Part shown: piece after piece, positions 46,350 through 56,613 of the stretch
Position numbering within the stretch: the stretch's first letter is position 1
Layout of the letters: each line of letters begins with the position of its first letter
NCBI GenBank assembly: GCA_963794325.1
Contig: CAWCDG010000004.1
Coordinates: forward strand, 1,568,001-1,632,000
Direction: 5' to 3'
Length of the DNA: 64,000 bases
Origin: an uncultured delta proteobacterium
Lineage (GTDB): Bacteria; Desulfobacterota; Binatia; Binatales; Binataceae
Translations under genes and position numbers: made by a program
Notes under the pieces: generated by a model
Told to the model about the DNA's origin: nothing
The model's input: the letters and a program-made list of their open reading frames with translations, nothing else
The model's database searches: none

Positions 46350-47576
46350 ATGAACGACTTCATCATGATTAACGAAAAAAGGCCGCCTATGGAAAATGGA
46401 TATCACAACGGCGTCTCGCGCAACGGCCATACGAACGGCTCGCTCAACGTGGACAAGGTCAACGGCACGAATGGCGGTGGCGCGATCGAGCGTCCCGTTC
46501 CAATCGTAAACGCCCGCCCGGTTGTTGTGGCCAAAGAGCAGCGCGCTCAATTGCGCGGAGTCGGCGTCGTCGGCCTTGGCTACTGGGGACCGAACTGGGT
46601 CCGCAATCTGTACCAGAGTCAGGCGGCGCGCCGAATCGTCGCCTGCGATCTGGATCAGAAGCGGCGACTGCACGTCAGCCAATTGTACTCGGACCTCGAG
46701 ACCACCAGCCGCTTCGAAGACTTGCTGAACGACGACGATATCGAAGGCATCGTGGTCGCGACCCCGGTCGGTACTCACTATGCGATGGCCAAGCGCGCGC
46801 TCGATGCGGGCAAGTCGGTGCTGGTCGAGAAGCCGCTGGCCACGTCCACCGAAGAGGCCAACGACCTGGTGAAGACCGCGCGCGAAAAAAAGCTCGTACT
46901 CATGGTCGGGCACACTTTTGAATACAGCGCGCCGGTGCTGAAGATGCACGACATAATTGCGTCGGGCGAGCTGGGCGACGTTTTCTACATCAGCTCGGTC
47001 CGCGCGAATCTCGGACTTTTTCAGCGCGACGTGAACGTGACGTGGGATCTCGCGACGCACGACATCTCGATCATCCTGAACCTGATGGGCGGCCGCGAGC
47101 CTGAGGCGGTGAGCTGCCAGGGCGAGAGCCACTACGGCCACGGCGTCGAGGATGTCGCGATGCTGACACTGCGGTTCGAGCGCAACATCATCGCGTTCAT
47201 CCACGTGAGCTGGCTCGATCCCGACAAGATTCGCCGCACCACGGTGGTCGGATCGCGCAAGATGCTGGTGTACGACGACACCGCGCCGCAAGAAAAGATC
47301 CGCATCTATGACAAGGGCGTCACCGCGCAAAAGTATTACGACACTTTTGGCGAGTTCCAATTCTCGTATCGCTACGGCGACATCCAGATTCCCCGCATCG
47401 AGGAAAAGGAGCCGCTGTTTTGCGAGTGCGAGCACTTCGTCAACTGCATGAAGAAAGGCGAAACGCCCAACACTGACGGCGTCAACGGGGCGCGGGTCGT
47501 GAACGTGCTCGAGGCCGCCAACTATTCGCTGCGACGGGGCGGCTTGATGGTGCCGCTGGGAGCTGCACTGCGATGA
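46350..47576 (+). CDS. Gfo/Idh/MocA nucleotide-sugar dehydrogenase (WbpB/WlbA-like)
   Basis: GLGYWGPN, VATP, VEKP, VGHTFEY, WDLATHD, VSWLDP.KIR. Confidence 0.88.
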   Translation: MNDFIMINEKRPPMENGYHNGVSRNGHTNGSLNVDKVNGTNGGGAIERPVPIVNARPVVVAKEQRAQLRGVGVVGLGYWGPNWVRNLYQSQAARRIVACDLDQKRRLHVSQLYSDLETTSRFEDLLNDDDIEGIVVATPVGTHYAMAKRALDAGKSVLVEKPLATSTEEANDLVKTAREKKLVLMVGHTFEYSAPVLKMHDIIASGELGDVFYISSVRANLGLFQRDVNVTWDLATHDISIILNLMGGREPEAVSCQGESHYGHGVEDVAMLTLRFERNIIAFIHVSWLDPDKIRRTTVVGSRKMLVYDDTAPQEKIRIYDKGVTAQKYYDTFGEFQFSYRYGDIQIPRIEEKEPLFCECEHFVNCMKKGETPNTDGVNGARVVNVLEAANYSLRRGGLMVPLGAALR

Positions 47577-48097
47577 GTGCGGCAACTGAGCAGCGCCAGG
47601 TTCCGCAACTCGCATGCATCGCGGACGACGTCCGCATGGGCCAACGCGTGCGGCTGGCGTCATACGTAAATCTCTACGGCTGCGAGATTGGCGACGACAC
47701 CCGGCTGGGAGCGTTCGTCGAAGTTCAGCGCGACGCGAAAATCGGGCGTCGCTGCAAAATCTCGAGTCATTCGTTCGTATGCTCCGGCGTCACGATCGAG
47801 GACGAAGTCTTCATCGGCCACGGCGTCATCTTCATCAACGACCGTTATCCGCGCGCGACCGTCAACGGCGCGCCGCAAACCGAAGCCGATTGGAAGATGG
47901 AACATACGGTGGTCAGGAAAGGCGCGTCGATCGGAAGCGGCGCGATCATAATGTGCGGCGTCGAAATCGGCGAGGGCGCATTAGTCGGAGCCGGCGCGAT
48001 GGTGGTGCGCGACGTACCTGCGGGCTCGATTGTCGCGGGTCACCCTGCGCGGCTACGCGGACCGGCGCATGAATCGAAGCAGAGGGAATCGCAGTGA
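47573..48097 (+). CDS. Hexapeptide-repeat N-acetyltransferase (WbpD/WlbB-like)
   Basis: VNLYGCEIG, CKISSHSF, FINDRYPRA, GASIGSGA, AGHPAR. Confidence 0.9.
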   Translation: MSAATEQRQVPQLACIADDVRMGQRVRLASYVNLYGCEIGDDTRLGAFVEVQRDAKIGRRCKISSHSFVCSGVTIEDEVFIGHGVIFINDRYPRATVNGAPQTEADWKMEHTVVRKGASIGSGAIIMCGVEIGEGALVGAGAMVVRDVPAGSIVAGHPARLRGPAHESKQRESQ

Positions 48098-49299
48098 AAA
48101 TAAAATTCGTGGATTTGGCCGCGCAGAACCTGGAAATCGCCGAGCGCGTCGCGTCCGAGATGGATTCGATCCATTCCGCCACCTCCTACGTTGGCGGGCA
48201 TCAGGTCGAAAGCTTCGAGCGCGAATTCGCCGAATTTCTCAATGTGAAACGCGTCGTCGCCGTCGCGAACGGGACGGATGCACTGCGCATCGCGCTGCTG
48301 GCGCTCGGCGTTGGTCCGGGCGACGAAGTCATAACGGTGCCGATGACCTTTATCGCGACCGCGGCGTCGATTGTGCAGACCGGTGCGCGGCCACGATTCG
48401 TCGATATCGATCCGGCGACCGGCAACATGAGCGTCCGCGCGCTCCGGAGCTTTCTGGAATCTCTGCCGCGCAACGAGCGCCGGAGTGTGCGAGCGATTGT
48501 TCCGGTTCATCTGTATGGTTTGCCTGCTCCGGTCGTCGAGCTGAAAGAAATCGCGGCTGAGTTCAATCTCAAACTGGTCGAGGATGCGTGCCAGGCTCAC
48601 GGTGCGCGCGTGCGCACTCCGGATGGAATGGCGATGGCCGGGACGCTCGCCGACGCTGGATGCTTCAGCTTCTATCCCGGTAAAAATCTGGGCGCCTGGG
48701 GCGATGGCGGCGCGGTCGCGACCAATGACGAGGAAGTTGCGCATCGCGTTTCGAGTCTCAGCAATCACGGGCGGCTGTCCCACTACGCGCACGAGATTTG
48801 CGGCTATAACTCGCGCCTCGATTCGATCCAGGCTGCGGTTTTGCGCGCGAAACTGGAAAAGCTCGCCGAATGGAACGAGCGCCGCCGCGTAGTCGCGTCC
48901 GCTTACCGCGAGTTGCTCGCGCCGCTGGATGCTCAGCCGATTCTCGAACCGGAAGGCGTCGAATCCTGCTACCACCTGTTCGTAATTCGGAACGCGCGGC
49001 GGGACGCGATTCGAAACGCACTGCTTCAGAACGAAATCGAATGCGGAATCCACTATCCGGTCCCGCTGCATCTGCAGCCCGCGCTCGCTTACCTCGGTTA
49101 CCGGGCTGGTGATTTTCCGGCGAGCGAAGCGCTGGCGGATACGACGCTCTCGCTGCCGATGCATCCGCATGTGGACGGACAGGAAATCCTGCGAACGGTT
49201 GAGGTCGTGGCCGGTGTGCTGACGCCGGCGAGTGAATCCCTGGCGGCGCAGCGGCGGAACGCTTCACCAGCCGCTTCGACAGCTTCCTCGAACGCATGA
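48094..49299 (+). CDS. DegT/DnrJ/EryC1/StrS aminotransferase (WbpE-like)
   Basis: NGTDAL, PVHLYG, EDACQAHG, FSFYPGKNLGAWGDGG, NSRLD, IHYP.PLH. Confidence 0.93.
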   Translation: MKIKFVDLAAQNLEIAERVASEMDSIHSATSYVGGHQVESFEREFAEFLNVKRVVAVANGTDALRIALLALGVGPGDEVITVPMTFIATAASIVQTGARPRFVDIDPATGNMSVRALRSFLESLPRNERRSVRAIVPVHLYGLPAPVVELKEIAAEFNLKLVEDACQAHGARVRTPDGMAMAGTLADAGCFSFYPGKNLGAWGDGGAVATNDEEVAHRVSSLSNHGRLSHYAHEICGYNSRLDSIQAAVLRAKLEKLAEWNERRRVVASAYRELLAPLDAQPILEPEGVESCYHLFVIRNARRDAIRNALLQNEIECGIHYPVPLHLQPALAYLGYRAGDFPASEALADTTLSLPMHPHVDGQEILRTVEVVAGVLTPASESLAAQRRNASPAASTASSNA

Positions 49300-49309
49300 A
49301 TGGACTTTT

Positions 49310-50749
49310 ATGTTTGCCGGCGAATGCAAAAAACAGAAAGTGCTTTTCGCGATTGCTGACGTAATCGCACTTACGCTCGCATTCGCAATCGCGCTGATGC
49401 TTCACGATCCGGACGGCGCGATCCTGGCGCATCTCGAGGGCGTCGATCCGCAAACGCTGATCGAATGCGGCATCGTCGTAGGGTTGCTGTGGGTCGGCGT
49501 CTTCCGCGCTTTCGATCTCTTCAAGATGCGGAACGGCAGCCGCAAGGAAGCGATCGCGATCGTCAAGGCCTGCTCGGTCGCCGCCGGCCTGATGCTGCTG
49601 ACCAACTTCGCGGTGAACGCTCAAATCTCGCGCGTGGCGGTCGTCACGTTCTACGCCGCCAGCATCATCAGCGAATTGGGCATCCGAGGAGTATTGCGTC
49701 ACCTGATTCAACAATTTTATTCGAGCCCGCGCATCTCGATCCCGCTGGTGATCATCGGCTTCAACCCGACCGCGCATCTGCTGTGCGACAGCATTCGGGA
49801 AGAGCTTACGCAGTACGAATTCGTCGGGTTTCTCGACGGCGACGCCTTGGGCCACGACTATCACGGCTACCCGGTGTTGGGACGGCCCGATCAGTTGCCG
49901 GACCTCGTACGCGTCCATCCATGCCTCGAAGCTGCGATCGCAATTCCCGACGCGCCGCTGGCCGATCAGGCGCGCATGGTCGAGATTTGTGAAGAAACGC
50001 GGCTGCGATGGTGGGTGGTGCCGTGGGTTTATCGATCGGCGCCGACCGGACTCCGGGTGGACACGGTCGGGCTGATTCCGATAGTCGGCCGCCGCGGCTC
50101 GAACGTCGAAGGCTTGAACTACCTGGTCAAGCGCACCTTCGACGTCGTCTGCGCGTCGCTCATTTTGATTGTCGCGATGCCGATCATCGCGCTCGCCGCT
50201 CTCGCAATTCTAATCACCGACGGCAGGCCCATCTTCTTCCGCCAGCAGCGAATCGGCGCACAGGGTCGTCGATTCGAAATGTTGAAGTTGCGCACGATGA
50301 AAACCGCAGCCGCCGATAGCGTCCATCGTCAATACGTCGAGCGCTGGATCGCCAACGGTCACAGTGCCGCGGCCGGCGCCAATGATAACGGCGGCAAGGT
50401 CTTCAAGCTCGCCAACGATTCGCGCGTCACCCGTGTCGGCCGGATTCTGCGCAAGTTCAGCCTCGACGAGCTGCCTCAAATCCTCAATGTAGTGCGCGGC
50501 GACATGAGCCTCATCGGCCCGCGTCCTGCTCTTCCCTACGAAGTCGAGCACTACCAGGACTGGCACCGCCGCCGGCTCGAGGGGCTGCCGGGAATAACCG
50601 GTCTCTGGCAGGTCAGCGGGCGCAACCAGATCTCGTTCGACGAGATGGTCAAGCTCGACGTCAAGTACCTCGAAGACTGGTCGCTCACTACCGACATCGG
50701 AATTCTATTTCGCACAATCCCGGTTCTATTGAGGGGAGAGGGACTGTGA
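49310..50749 (+). CDS. Polyprenyl-phosphate sugar-phosphate (priming) transferase, WcaJ-like
   Basis: N-terminal TM helices; KRTFD, KLRTM, DSRVTRVG.ILRK.SLDELPQ, PGITGLWQV. Confidence 0.93.
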   Translation: MFAGECKKQKVLFAIADVIALTLAFAIALMLHDPDGAILAHLEGVDPQTLIECGIVVGLLWVGVFRAFDLFKMRNGSRKEAIAIVKACSVAAGLMLLTNFAVNAQISRVAVVTFYAASIISELGIRGVLRHLIQQFYSSPRISIPLVIIGFNPTAHLLCDSIREELTQYEFVGFLDGDALGHDYHGYPVLGRPDQLPDLVRVHPCLEAAIAIPDAPLADQARMVEICEETRLRWWVVPWVYRSAPTGLRVDTVGLIPIVGRRGSNVEGLNYLVKRTFDVVCASLILIVAMPIIALAALAILITDGRPIFFRQQRIGAQGRRFEMLKLRTMKTAAADSVHRQYVERWIANGHSAAAGANDNGGKVFKLANDSRVTRVGRILRKFSLDELPQILNVVRGDMSLIGPRPALPYEVEHYQDWHRRRLEGLPGITGLWQVSGRNQISFDEMVKLDVKYLEDWSLTTDIGILFRTIPVLLRGEGL

Positions 50750-52266
50750 ACGATCCCGTACCTGTGAACGGCGATGCTCCTGAGCACGCCGAGCGGAACC
50801 GCTGGTTGTGGAGCGCGTTCGCTCGCTCGATTCGCGACAACATGGTCGCAGAGGTCGTGGTCCAGGTTCTGCGCATCGGCGGGATAGTTGTGCTCGCGCG
50901 CGCGCTATCGCCGAATGATTTCGGTCTGTTCAAAATTCTGGTCGTCGTCTCGACCTTCGCGATGCTGGTCAACGAGGCCGGGATTCCCGACGCTCTTATA
51001 CAGCGCCGCGACCTTACCCCAGCGCATCATTCGACCGCATGGTGGATGAGCATCGGGCTCGCGTCTCTGACCTGCGGCCTGCTGTACGGCGGCGCGCCCG
51101 CACTCGCGCATCTCATGAGGATGCCTGAATTGCGCGAAGGCGTTCGCTTGCTTTGCATTCCTTTTCTGCTCGAGGGCGCTGCGGTCACCGCGAACGCGCG
51201 GCTGCGGCGCGACATGCGATTTGGTGCGCTCGCAGTTGCAGACGTTCTCGCCGAAGTCGCTTTTCTTGTGGTTGCGCTGGGGCTGCTGTGGTATCGGCTA
51301 CCGACCTGGAGCCTGGCCGGTGGTCTCGCGGCGCGCTTTGCCACGCATGCGGTTAGCGTCCTGGTTTCAGGCGGAAAGTCTCCGATTGGACTTCCCACTT
51401 CCTCTGCCGCGCATGATCTGGGCCACTTTGCCATTAAGGTTCTCGGCGGGCGAACCGTCGACGCGCTCGCCTTCAACGTGGACTTTATTCTGATCGGGCG
51501 ACTGCTCGGGAGCTCGGCGCTTGGATATTACGCGATGGCGTGGGACCTGCTGCGTTTCATACCTGACCGCGTCTTTCGAATCGCGGGCCGCGTCACGCTC
51601 CCGACGTTTTGCCATTTGCAGGATCAGACCGATCAGCTCGCGAAAGCTTACCTGAATTTCTGCGGTTATCTTTCCCGGATCATTTTGCCCATCGTTGGTT
51701 GCGCCGCGATCGCCGCACCGGAACTCATCAGTACGATCTACGGGCCAAAGTGGCTGCCAGCCGCGGTGCCGATGCAATTGCTCGCCTGTGGATTGCTGCT
51801 GGTCGGCCTGCGACTCGCCATCGGATCCGTTTACTACGCAAAGAATCATCCCGAGTTCGACTTCTATATTCACACCGCCGGACTCGTGCTGGTCATCATC
51901 ACTGTTTTTGGGCTCGCATCCCACGGCTTGGCTGCTGTGAGCTTTGGCCGAAGCTTGGTCGAAGCGTTGATCAGCATCGTGGGAATGTGGCTTTCCTGCC
52001 TCCTGCTCGACATCAGGATTTCCGATTTCGTCGTGGCGATTCTTCCCGGCGCCGGACTGGCGCTGATGTGCGCGGTAGCCGTCACCGCCGGAAAAATAAT
52101 GGCGAACGCGTGCGGCACTCACGGTGTCGCGACTCTGCTTCTGATCATAGGCCCCCCCGCGATCGTTTATTGCTGGCGGGAATCTTCAACTGCGATGCGG
52201 ATGTTCGCAGGCACCTTAGGTGGCGGCGAAACCGCGCCGATCGTCGTGGCGCAGGAGCTTCAATGA
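50746..52266 (+). CDS. Wzx-type flippase
   Basis: LARALSPNDFG, ALIQR, D..LIGRLLG...LGYY, YGPKW; multi-TM. Confidence 0.9.
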   Translation: MNDPVPVNGDAPEHAERNRWLWSAFARSIRDNMVAEVVVQVLRIGGIVVLARALSPNDFGLFKILVVVSTFAMLVNEAGIPDALIQRRDLTPAHHSTAWWMSIGLASLTCGLLYGGAPALAHLMRMPELREGVRLLCIPFLLEGAAVTANARLRRDMRFGALAVADVLAEVAFLVVALGLLWYRLPTWSLAGGLAARFATHAVSVLVSGGKSPIGLPTSSAAHDLGHFAIKVLGGRTVDALAFNVDFILIGRLLGSSALGYYAMAWDLLRFIPDRVFRIAGRVTLPTFCHLQDQTDQLAKAYLNFCGYLSRIILPIVGCAAIAAPELISTIYGPKWLPAAVPMQLLACGLLLVGLRLAIGSVYYAKNHPEFDFYIHTAGLVLVIITVFGLASHGLAAVSFGRSLVEALISIVGMWLSCLLLDIRISDFVVAILPGAGLALMCAVAVTAGKIMANACGTHGVATLLLIIGPPAIVYCWRESSTAMRMFAGTLGGGETAPIVVAQELQ

Positions 52267-53321
52267 ACCAGGCCGCTACACTTGGGGTGATTTCGCGCGA
52301 GTCTGAGCTGAAGATTTTTCCGCTCGAGCAAGCGCGCGCTGAATGGGAGGCCCTTGCCAGATCGCATCCCGAGGCGACTCTCTACCATCGCGGGCCGTGG
52401 CTTGAAGTTTTGCAGCGCGCGTTTGGCGTGCGCCCATCGGTCGCAACCATTTCCGATTCCGGATCGGCGAGAGCTGCCTGCTTACTCGCCCCAGGCGGCA
52501 ATCCAATTCGACGGAGTCTCATCTCGTTGCCGTTTTCGGATTTCTGTCCGCCGCTGGCCATGAACGACTCGGCCCGCGACGCACTGTTGTCCGGATTGGC
52601 GGTCACTCGAAATCGGCCCAGGCTCGAGATGCGCGGCGTCGCGGGAACCTACCCGTGGAACGTGCTCTATCACTTCCAGCGATGGACGCTCGATTTGTCG
52701 CGCCCGTTCCAGGCCATCGAGAAGGCCGCCGACCGCGAAGTACGACGTCATCTGCGTCGCGCGCGCGAGGCCGGGGTCACCGTCGAGCGCTCGCGCGACG
52801 CCGAGGCGATGGACTGCTTCTTCAATCTCCAGTTGGAGAGCCGGCGTCGTCTTGGAGTCCCATCACAGCCGCTCAAGTTTTTCAGGACGGTGTACGAGGT
52901 CTTCGCGAAGATCGACGCGATCGATGTGTGGTTCGCATTGCACCAGGGCAAACGCATCGCCGCGGTGGTCATCCTGCGCGACGGCAATGACCTGCATGCG
53001 AAATGGTCGGCGCGCGCGGCCGGCAGTCCCGACGGCGCCAGTCACCTGATCTTCATCGCTATCGCCGAGCATCACGCGCAGCTCGCCAACTCACTGGACT
53101 TCGGCCGTACCGATAGCCGCAATCGCGGTCTGTCTCGCTTCAAGCGCGAGCTCGGCGCCACCGCGACTGATTTGCCGTACAGCTATTTTCCGCAGATGCC
53201 GACCGTGACGAGCGCCGAAAATCTGACCGGGGTTTGGCAGACCGCATCACGCGTATGGCGAAATCTGCCGCTGCCGGTCGCGCGGGTTCTCAACAACGTG
53301 ACCTACAGGTACCTAGCATGA
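52263..53321 (+). CDS. FemAB/GNAT-family protein
   Basis: ATLYHRGPW, LISLPFSDFC.PL, VRRHLRRA, LDFGRT...GL.RFK. Confidence 0.82.
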   Translation: MNQAATLGVISRESELKIFPLEQARAEWEALARSHPEATLYHRGPWLEVLQRAFGVRPSVATISDSGSARAACLLAPGGNPIRRSLISLPFSDFCPPLAMNDSARDALLSGLAVTRNRPRLEMRGVAGTYPWNVLYHFQRWTLDLSRPFQAIEKAADREVRRHLRRAREAGVTVERSRDAEAMDCFFNLQLESRRRLGVPSQPLKFFRTVYEVFAKIDAIDVWFALHQGKRIAAVVILRDGNDLHAKWSARAAGSPDGASHLIFIAIAEHHAQLANSLDFGRTDSRNRGLSRFKRELGATATDLPYSYFPQMPTVTSAENLTGVWQTASRVWRNLPLPVARVLNNVTYRYLA

Positions 53322-54172
53322 TGCGCTACATCGCAATCACTCCGGCACGCGACGAGGAAAAATTGCTGCCCGGACTTATCGCCTCGATGGCAGCGCAGGG
53401 CTGGAAGCCCGACCGTTGGATAATAATTGACGACGGTTCCGCGGACGCGACTGGTGCGATACTGGACGAGGCAGCTCGCACCTATCCGTGGATCGAGCCT
53501 CATCATCTGGAGCGCGATCGTCCGCGCGCCCCCGGCGGCGAATGCGTGATCACCCAGTTTCTGCCGCATGAAGCCTGTCAGGAGTACGACTACGTTTTGC
53601 GGCTCGACGCCGACGTCAGTTTCGAATCCGGCTTCATCGACTTGCTGCTCCAGGAATTCAGGCACGACCCCAAGCTCGGAATCGCCAGCCCAACTTTGTG
53701 GGAACCCAAGGGCAGTGAGTGGATCGAGATTCGACAGCCTGAATATCACACGCGCGGGCCGGCCAAGATGTACTCGCTGGCGTGTTTCAACTCGATCGGT
53801 GAACTCGATTCCGACGTTGGATGGGACACGCTCGACGAAGCGCGCGCGATGCTGCATGGTTTTCGCACTCGCGGCTTCCGGCACATCACGGCGCGGCATC
53901 ATCGTCCGCAAGGCGAAGCGTCGGGATGGAGGGCGCGGATGAAGGCCGGGCTGGCGGCATACAGAGTCGGCTATTCCCCGGTATTTGTGCTGGCGCGCGC
54001 GGCGCGCGAGACCTTTACGCGCCCGTCGCCGGCTGACGGCGCGCTGTTACTCGCCGGCTTTCTCCAAGGATACATTCGGCGCGAGCCGCGCTGCGCAGAA
54101 CCCGAACTGGTAAGTTTCATCCGGCGGCACCAGCACCGCAGACTGCTGTTCCAGGAGTCGCTATGGCGCTGA
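53318..54172 (+). CDS. Glycosyltransferase family 2
   Basis: ITPARDE, IIDDGS.D, LDAD, GWDTLDE, HHRPQG. Confidence 0.9.
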   Translation: MMRYIAITPARDEEKLLPGLIASMAAQGWKPDRWIIIDDGSADATGAILDEAARTYPWIEPHHLERDRPRAPGGECVITQFLPHEACQEYDYVLRLDADVSFESGFIDLLLQEFRHDPKLGIASPTLWEPKGSEWIEIRQPEYHTRGPAKMYSLACFNSIGELDSDVGWDTLDEARAMLHGFRTRGFRHITARHHRPQGEASGWRARMKAGLAAYRVGYSPVFVLARAARETFTRPSPADGALLLAGFLQGYIRREPRCAEPELVSFIRRHQHRRLLFQESLWR

Positions 54173-55383
54173 GCGTTTCAACCGACGACGTCCGCGAATA
54201 CTCCGTGGCAGGCGAGGAGCCACTCTCGTACGCCAGCCATAACGACGCATTCTCTTTCTGGAAGCTGCCGGAGGAATGGCGGTCCACGCTCGAGTCCGCA
54301 ATCGATGAATCCAGGGTCATCGCCGAGCGTTACCTGTTTGAAGAATACATGGCGCGCAAAGATCGCCGGCCGCCGACGAACATGCAGGCGTACTATCGGA
54401 TCAAGAGTCTGATTCCCGAGTCGGTCCGTCATCGGCTCAACTCGGCAGCGGTCAAGATGCGCGCGAAGCGCGAATTTCCCCGATGGCCGTGTGAAAGCGC
54501 GCTGATCGACTATTGGCGCGATTGGCTGCGAATCACCTTGCACACGATGAAGAAGAGCGACGCGTGGCACATCGGATTTTGGCCCAACGGCATGAAATCC
54601 TGCATCGTGCTGACGCATGACGTCGAAGGCCCGCTCGGAATGAGCCGGATGGAGCAGATGGCGGACCTCGAGGAGCGGTACAATTTCCGATCGTCGTGGA
54701 ACCTGCCGCTGGGGCAGTACCGGATCGATTGGAAGCTTATCGATCGGCTCCGGCAACGCGGCTTCGAGTTTGGCGCGCATGGATTGTCCCATGACGGCCG
54801 CTTGTTCCGCAGTGAGAGCGACTTCAGCGAACTCGCTCCTCTGCTCCAGGAGCGGGCGCGGGCGCACGACATGAACGGCTTCCGCGCGCCCTCGACGCTG
54901 CGGCGAGCCGAATGGATAACCCGACTCTCGTTCGACTTCGATTGCAGCTTCTCGGATTCCGATCCATATGAGCCTCAGCCGGGCGGAACCTGCAGCGTGT
55001 TTCCTTTTTTTCTGTCGCACCTGGTCGAGTTGCCTTACACGATGCCGCAGGATCACACGCTGATTCATTTACTGCATCGGAGTCCGATTCAGACCTGGGC
55101 AATGAAGGCCAAGTGGATCGAATCGCTCGGTGGGATGATCCTGACCCTCGTTCATCCCGACTACTGCGGCGCCGGACGGTATCTCGACGAATACGAAACT
55201 CTGCTCAAGCAGCTGAACGACATGCAATCCGCATGGCGCGCGCTGCCTTCTGAAGTGTCCGCATGGTGGCGTCGCCGGGATCAAATGCAGCTGAGGATGC
55301 GCGGCAACTCTCCTTCGATTGAAGGACCGGGATCGCAGCGCGCGGTCGTGAGGATGCTCTCCAGCGAACCGCTCGCGGAGTGA
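54163..55383 (+). CDS. Polysaccharide deacetylase-like protein
   Basis: WP.G....VLTHDVE, EFGAHGLSHDG, GFRAP, ELPYTMPQD, LVHPDY. Confidence 0.85.
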   Translation: MALSVSTDDVREYSVAGEEPLSYASHNDAFSFWKLPEEWRSTLESAIDESRVIAERYLFEEYMARKDRRPPTNMQAYYRIKSLIPESVRHRLNSAAVKMRAKREFPRWPCESALIDYWRDWLRITLHTMKKSDAWHIGFWPNGMKSCIVLTHDVEGPLGMSRMEQMADLEERYNFRSSWNLPLGQYRIDWKLIDRLRQRGFEFGAHGLSHDGRLFRSESDFSELAPLLQERARAHDMNGFRAPSTLRRAEWITRLSFDFDCSFSDSDPYEPQPGGTCSVFPFFLSHLVELPYTMPQDHTLIHLLHRSPIQTWAMKAKWIESLGGMILTLVHPDYCGAGRYLDEYETLLKQLNDMQSAWRALPSEVSAWWRRRDQMQLRMRGNSPSIEGPGSQRAVVRMLSSEPLAE

Positions 55384-55393
55384 GGTGACGACC

Positions 55394-56557
55394 ATGGCGC
55401 GCTTTCTGATGATTGCCTACACCACCTACATGCATGACGGCCGGGTAAAGCGGCACGCCGAGGCGCTGGCCGAGCGCGGCGATGACGTGGACGTGATTTG
55501 CCTCGCTACCGGCGCGAAGCCGATCACCAACGGCGTCAACGTGATCGGTCTGCCGATGCCGCGATATCGGGGCGAAAGTAAATTCGCATATCTCAGAAGT
55601 TACCTGCGGTTCTTCACGATGGCGGCGCAGCGTGCGGCGCGGATGTCGATGAAGCATCGCTACGACGTGGTGATCGTATGCACCATGCCGGACGCGGTCA
55701 TCGTTTGCGCGATACTGCCGAAGTTCCTCGGCAGCAAGGTCGTCCTCGACGTGCACGACACGATGCCGGAGTTGTATCGGGATAAATTCGGCGGAGCGCG
55801 CGGCGCGGCCGGCGCGAAACTATTGATGCTCGAGGAACGCGCCAGCTCGTGGTGGGCGGACAGCGTTCTCGCCGTGCACGATCTGCATCGCGACCGGCTG
55901 CAACAGGCAGGCGTGCCGGCCGGCAAGATTCACGTCGTCATGAACTCGCCGGACACCCGGATCTTCGACCTGCACAAAAACGGCGACTCGTTCGCGCCCA
56001 ACCAGTTCACCTTGATCTGTCACGGCACGGTTACCCAGCGGCTCGGGCTGGACCTGGCCATCTCTGCGGTCGCGTCGCTGCGCTCGGAAATCCCGGAGCT
56101 GCGGCTCAAGGTGATCGGCGAAGGCGATCGGCTTTCGGAGTCGCGCGCGCTGGTCGATCGGCTGGGTCTGGGCGCCCGCGTCTCCTTCATGGATCTGGTT
56201 CCGGTCGAGAAACTTCCCGCGCTGCTGGTGAAGGCTGACGTTGGTCTAGTTCCTTACCGGCCGAGCAGCGCGACGCATCTGATGCTGCCCGTGAAATTGC
56301 TCGACTACGCGACGCTTGGAATTCCGGTGATCGCCGCTCGTCTGCGGACAGTTGAATATTATTTTGGAGACGGCGCGGTCGAACTATTCGAACCCGGAAA
56401 CGTGAGCGATCTCGCGCGTGCGATCAAGCTGCTCTACCACAATCCGGATTTGCGTGGGCGACTGGTCGAGCGCGCCCGCCATTCCCTCGACGCTCTGAAC
56501 TGGCAGAACCAGCGAAACGAATACTACCGGGCAATCGATTCGCTCCTTACGGCGTGA
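55394..56557 (+). CDS. Glycosyltransferase family 4
   Basis: DGRVKRHAEAL, DVHD.MPE, GTV..RLG, PVKLLDY, FEPGNV.DLA. Confidence 0.92.
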   Translation: MARFLMIAYTTYMHDGRVKRHAEALAERGDDVDVICLATGAKPITNGVNVIGLPMPRYRGESKFAYLRSYLRFFTMAAQRAARMSMKHRYDVVIVCTMPDAVIVCAILPKFLGSKVVLDVHDTMPELYRDKFGGARGAAGAKLLMLEERASSWWADSVLAVHDLHRDRLQQAGVPAGKIHVVMNSPDTRIFDLHKNGDSFAPNQFTLICHGTVTQRLGLDLAISAVASLRSEIPELRLKVIGEGDRLSESRALVDRLGLGARVSFMDLVPVEKLPALLVKADVGLVPYRPSSATHLMLPVKLLDYATLGIPVIAARLRTVEYYFGDGAVELFEPGNVSDLARAIKLLYHNPDLRGRLVERARHSLDALNWQNQRNEYYRAIDSLLTA

Positions 56558-56613
56558 TTGTCATTCGGGAGAGTCCTGCAACAACCAAGGGGCTGAAACA
56601 GGAGAAAGAAGCG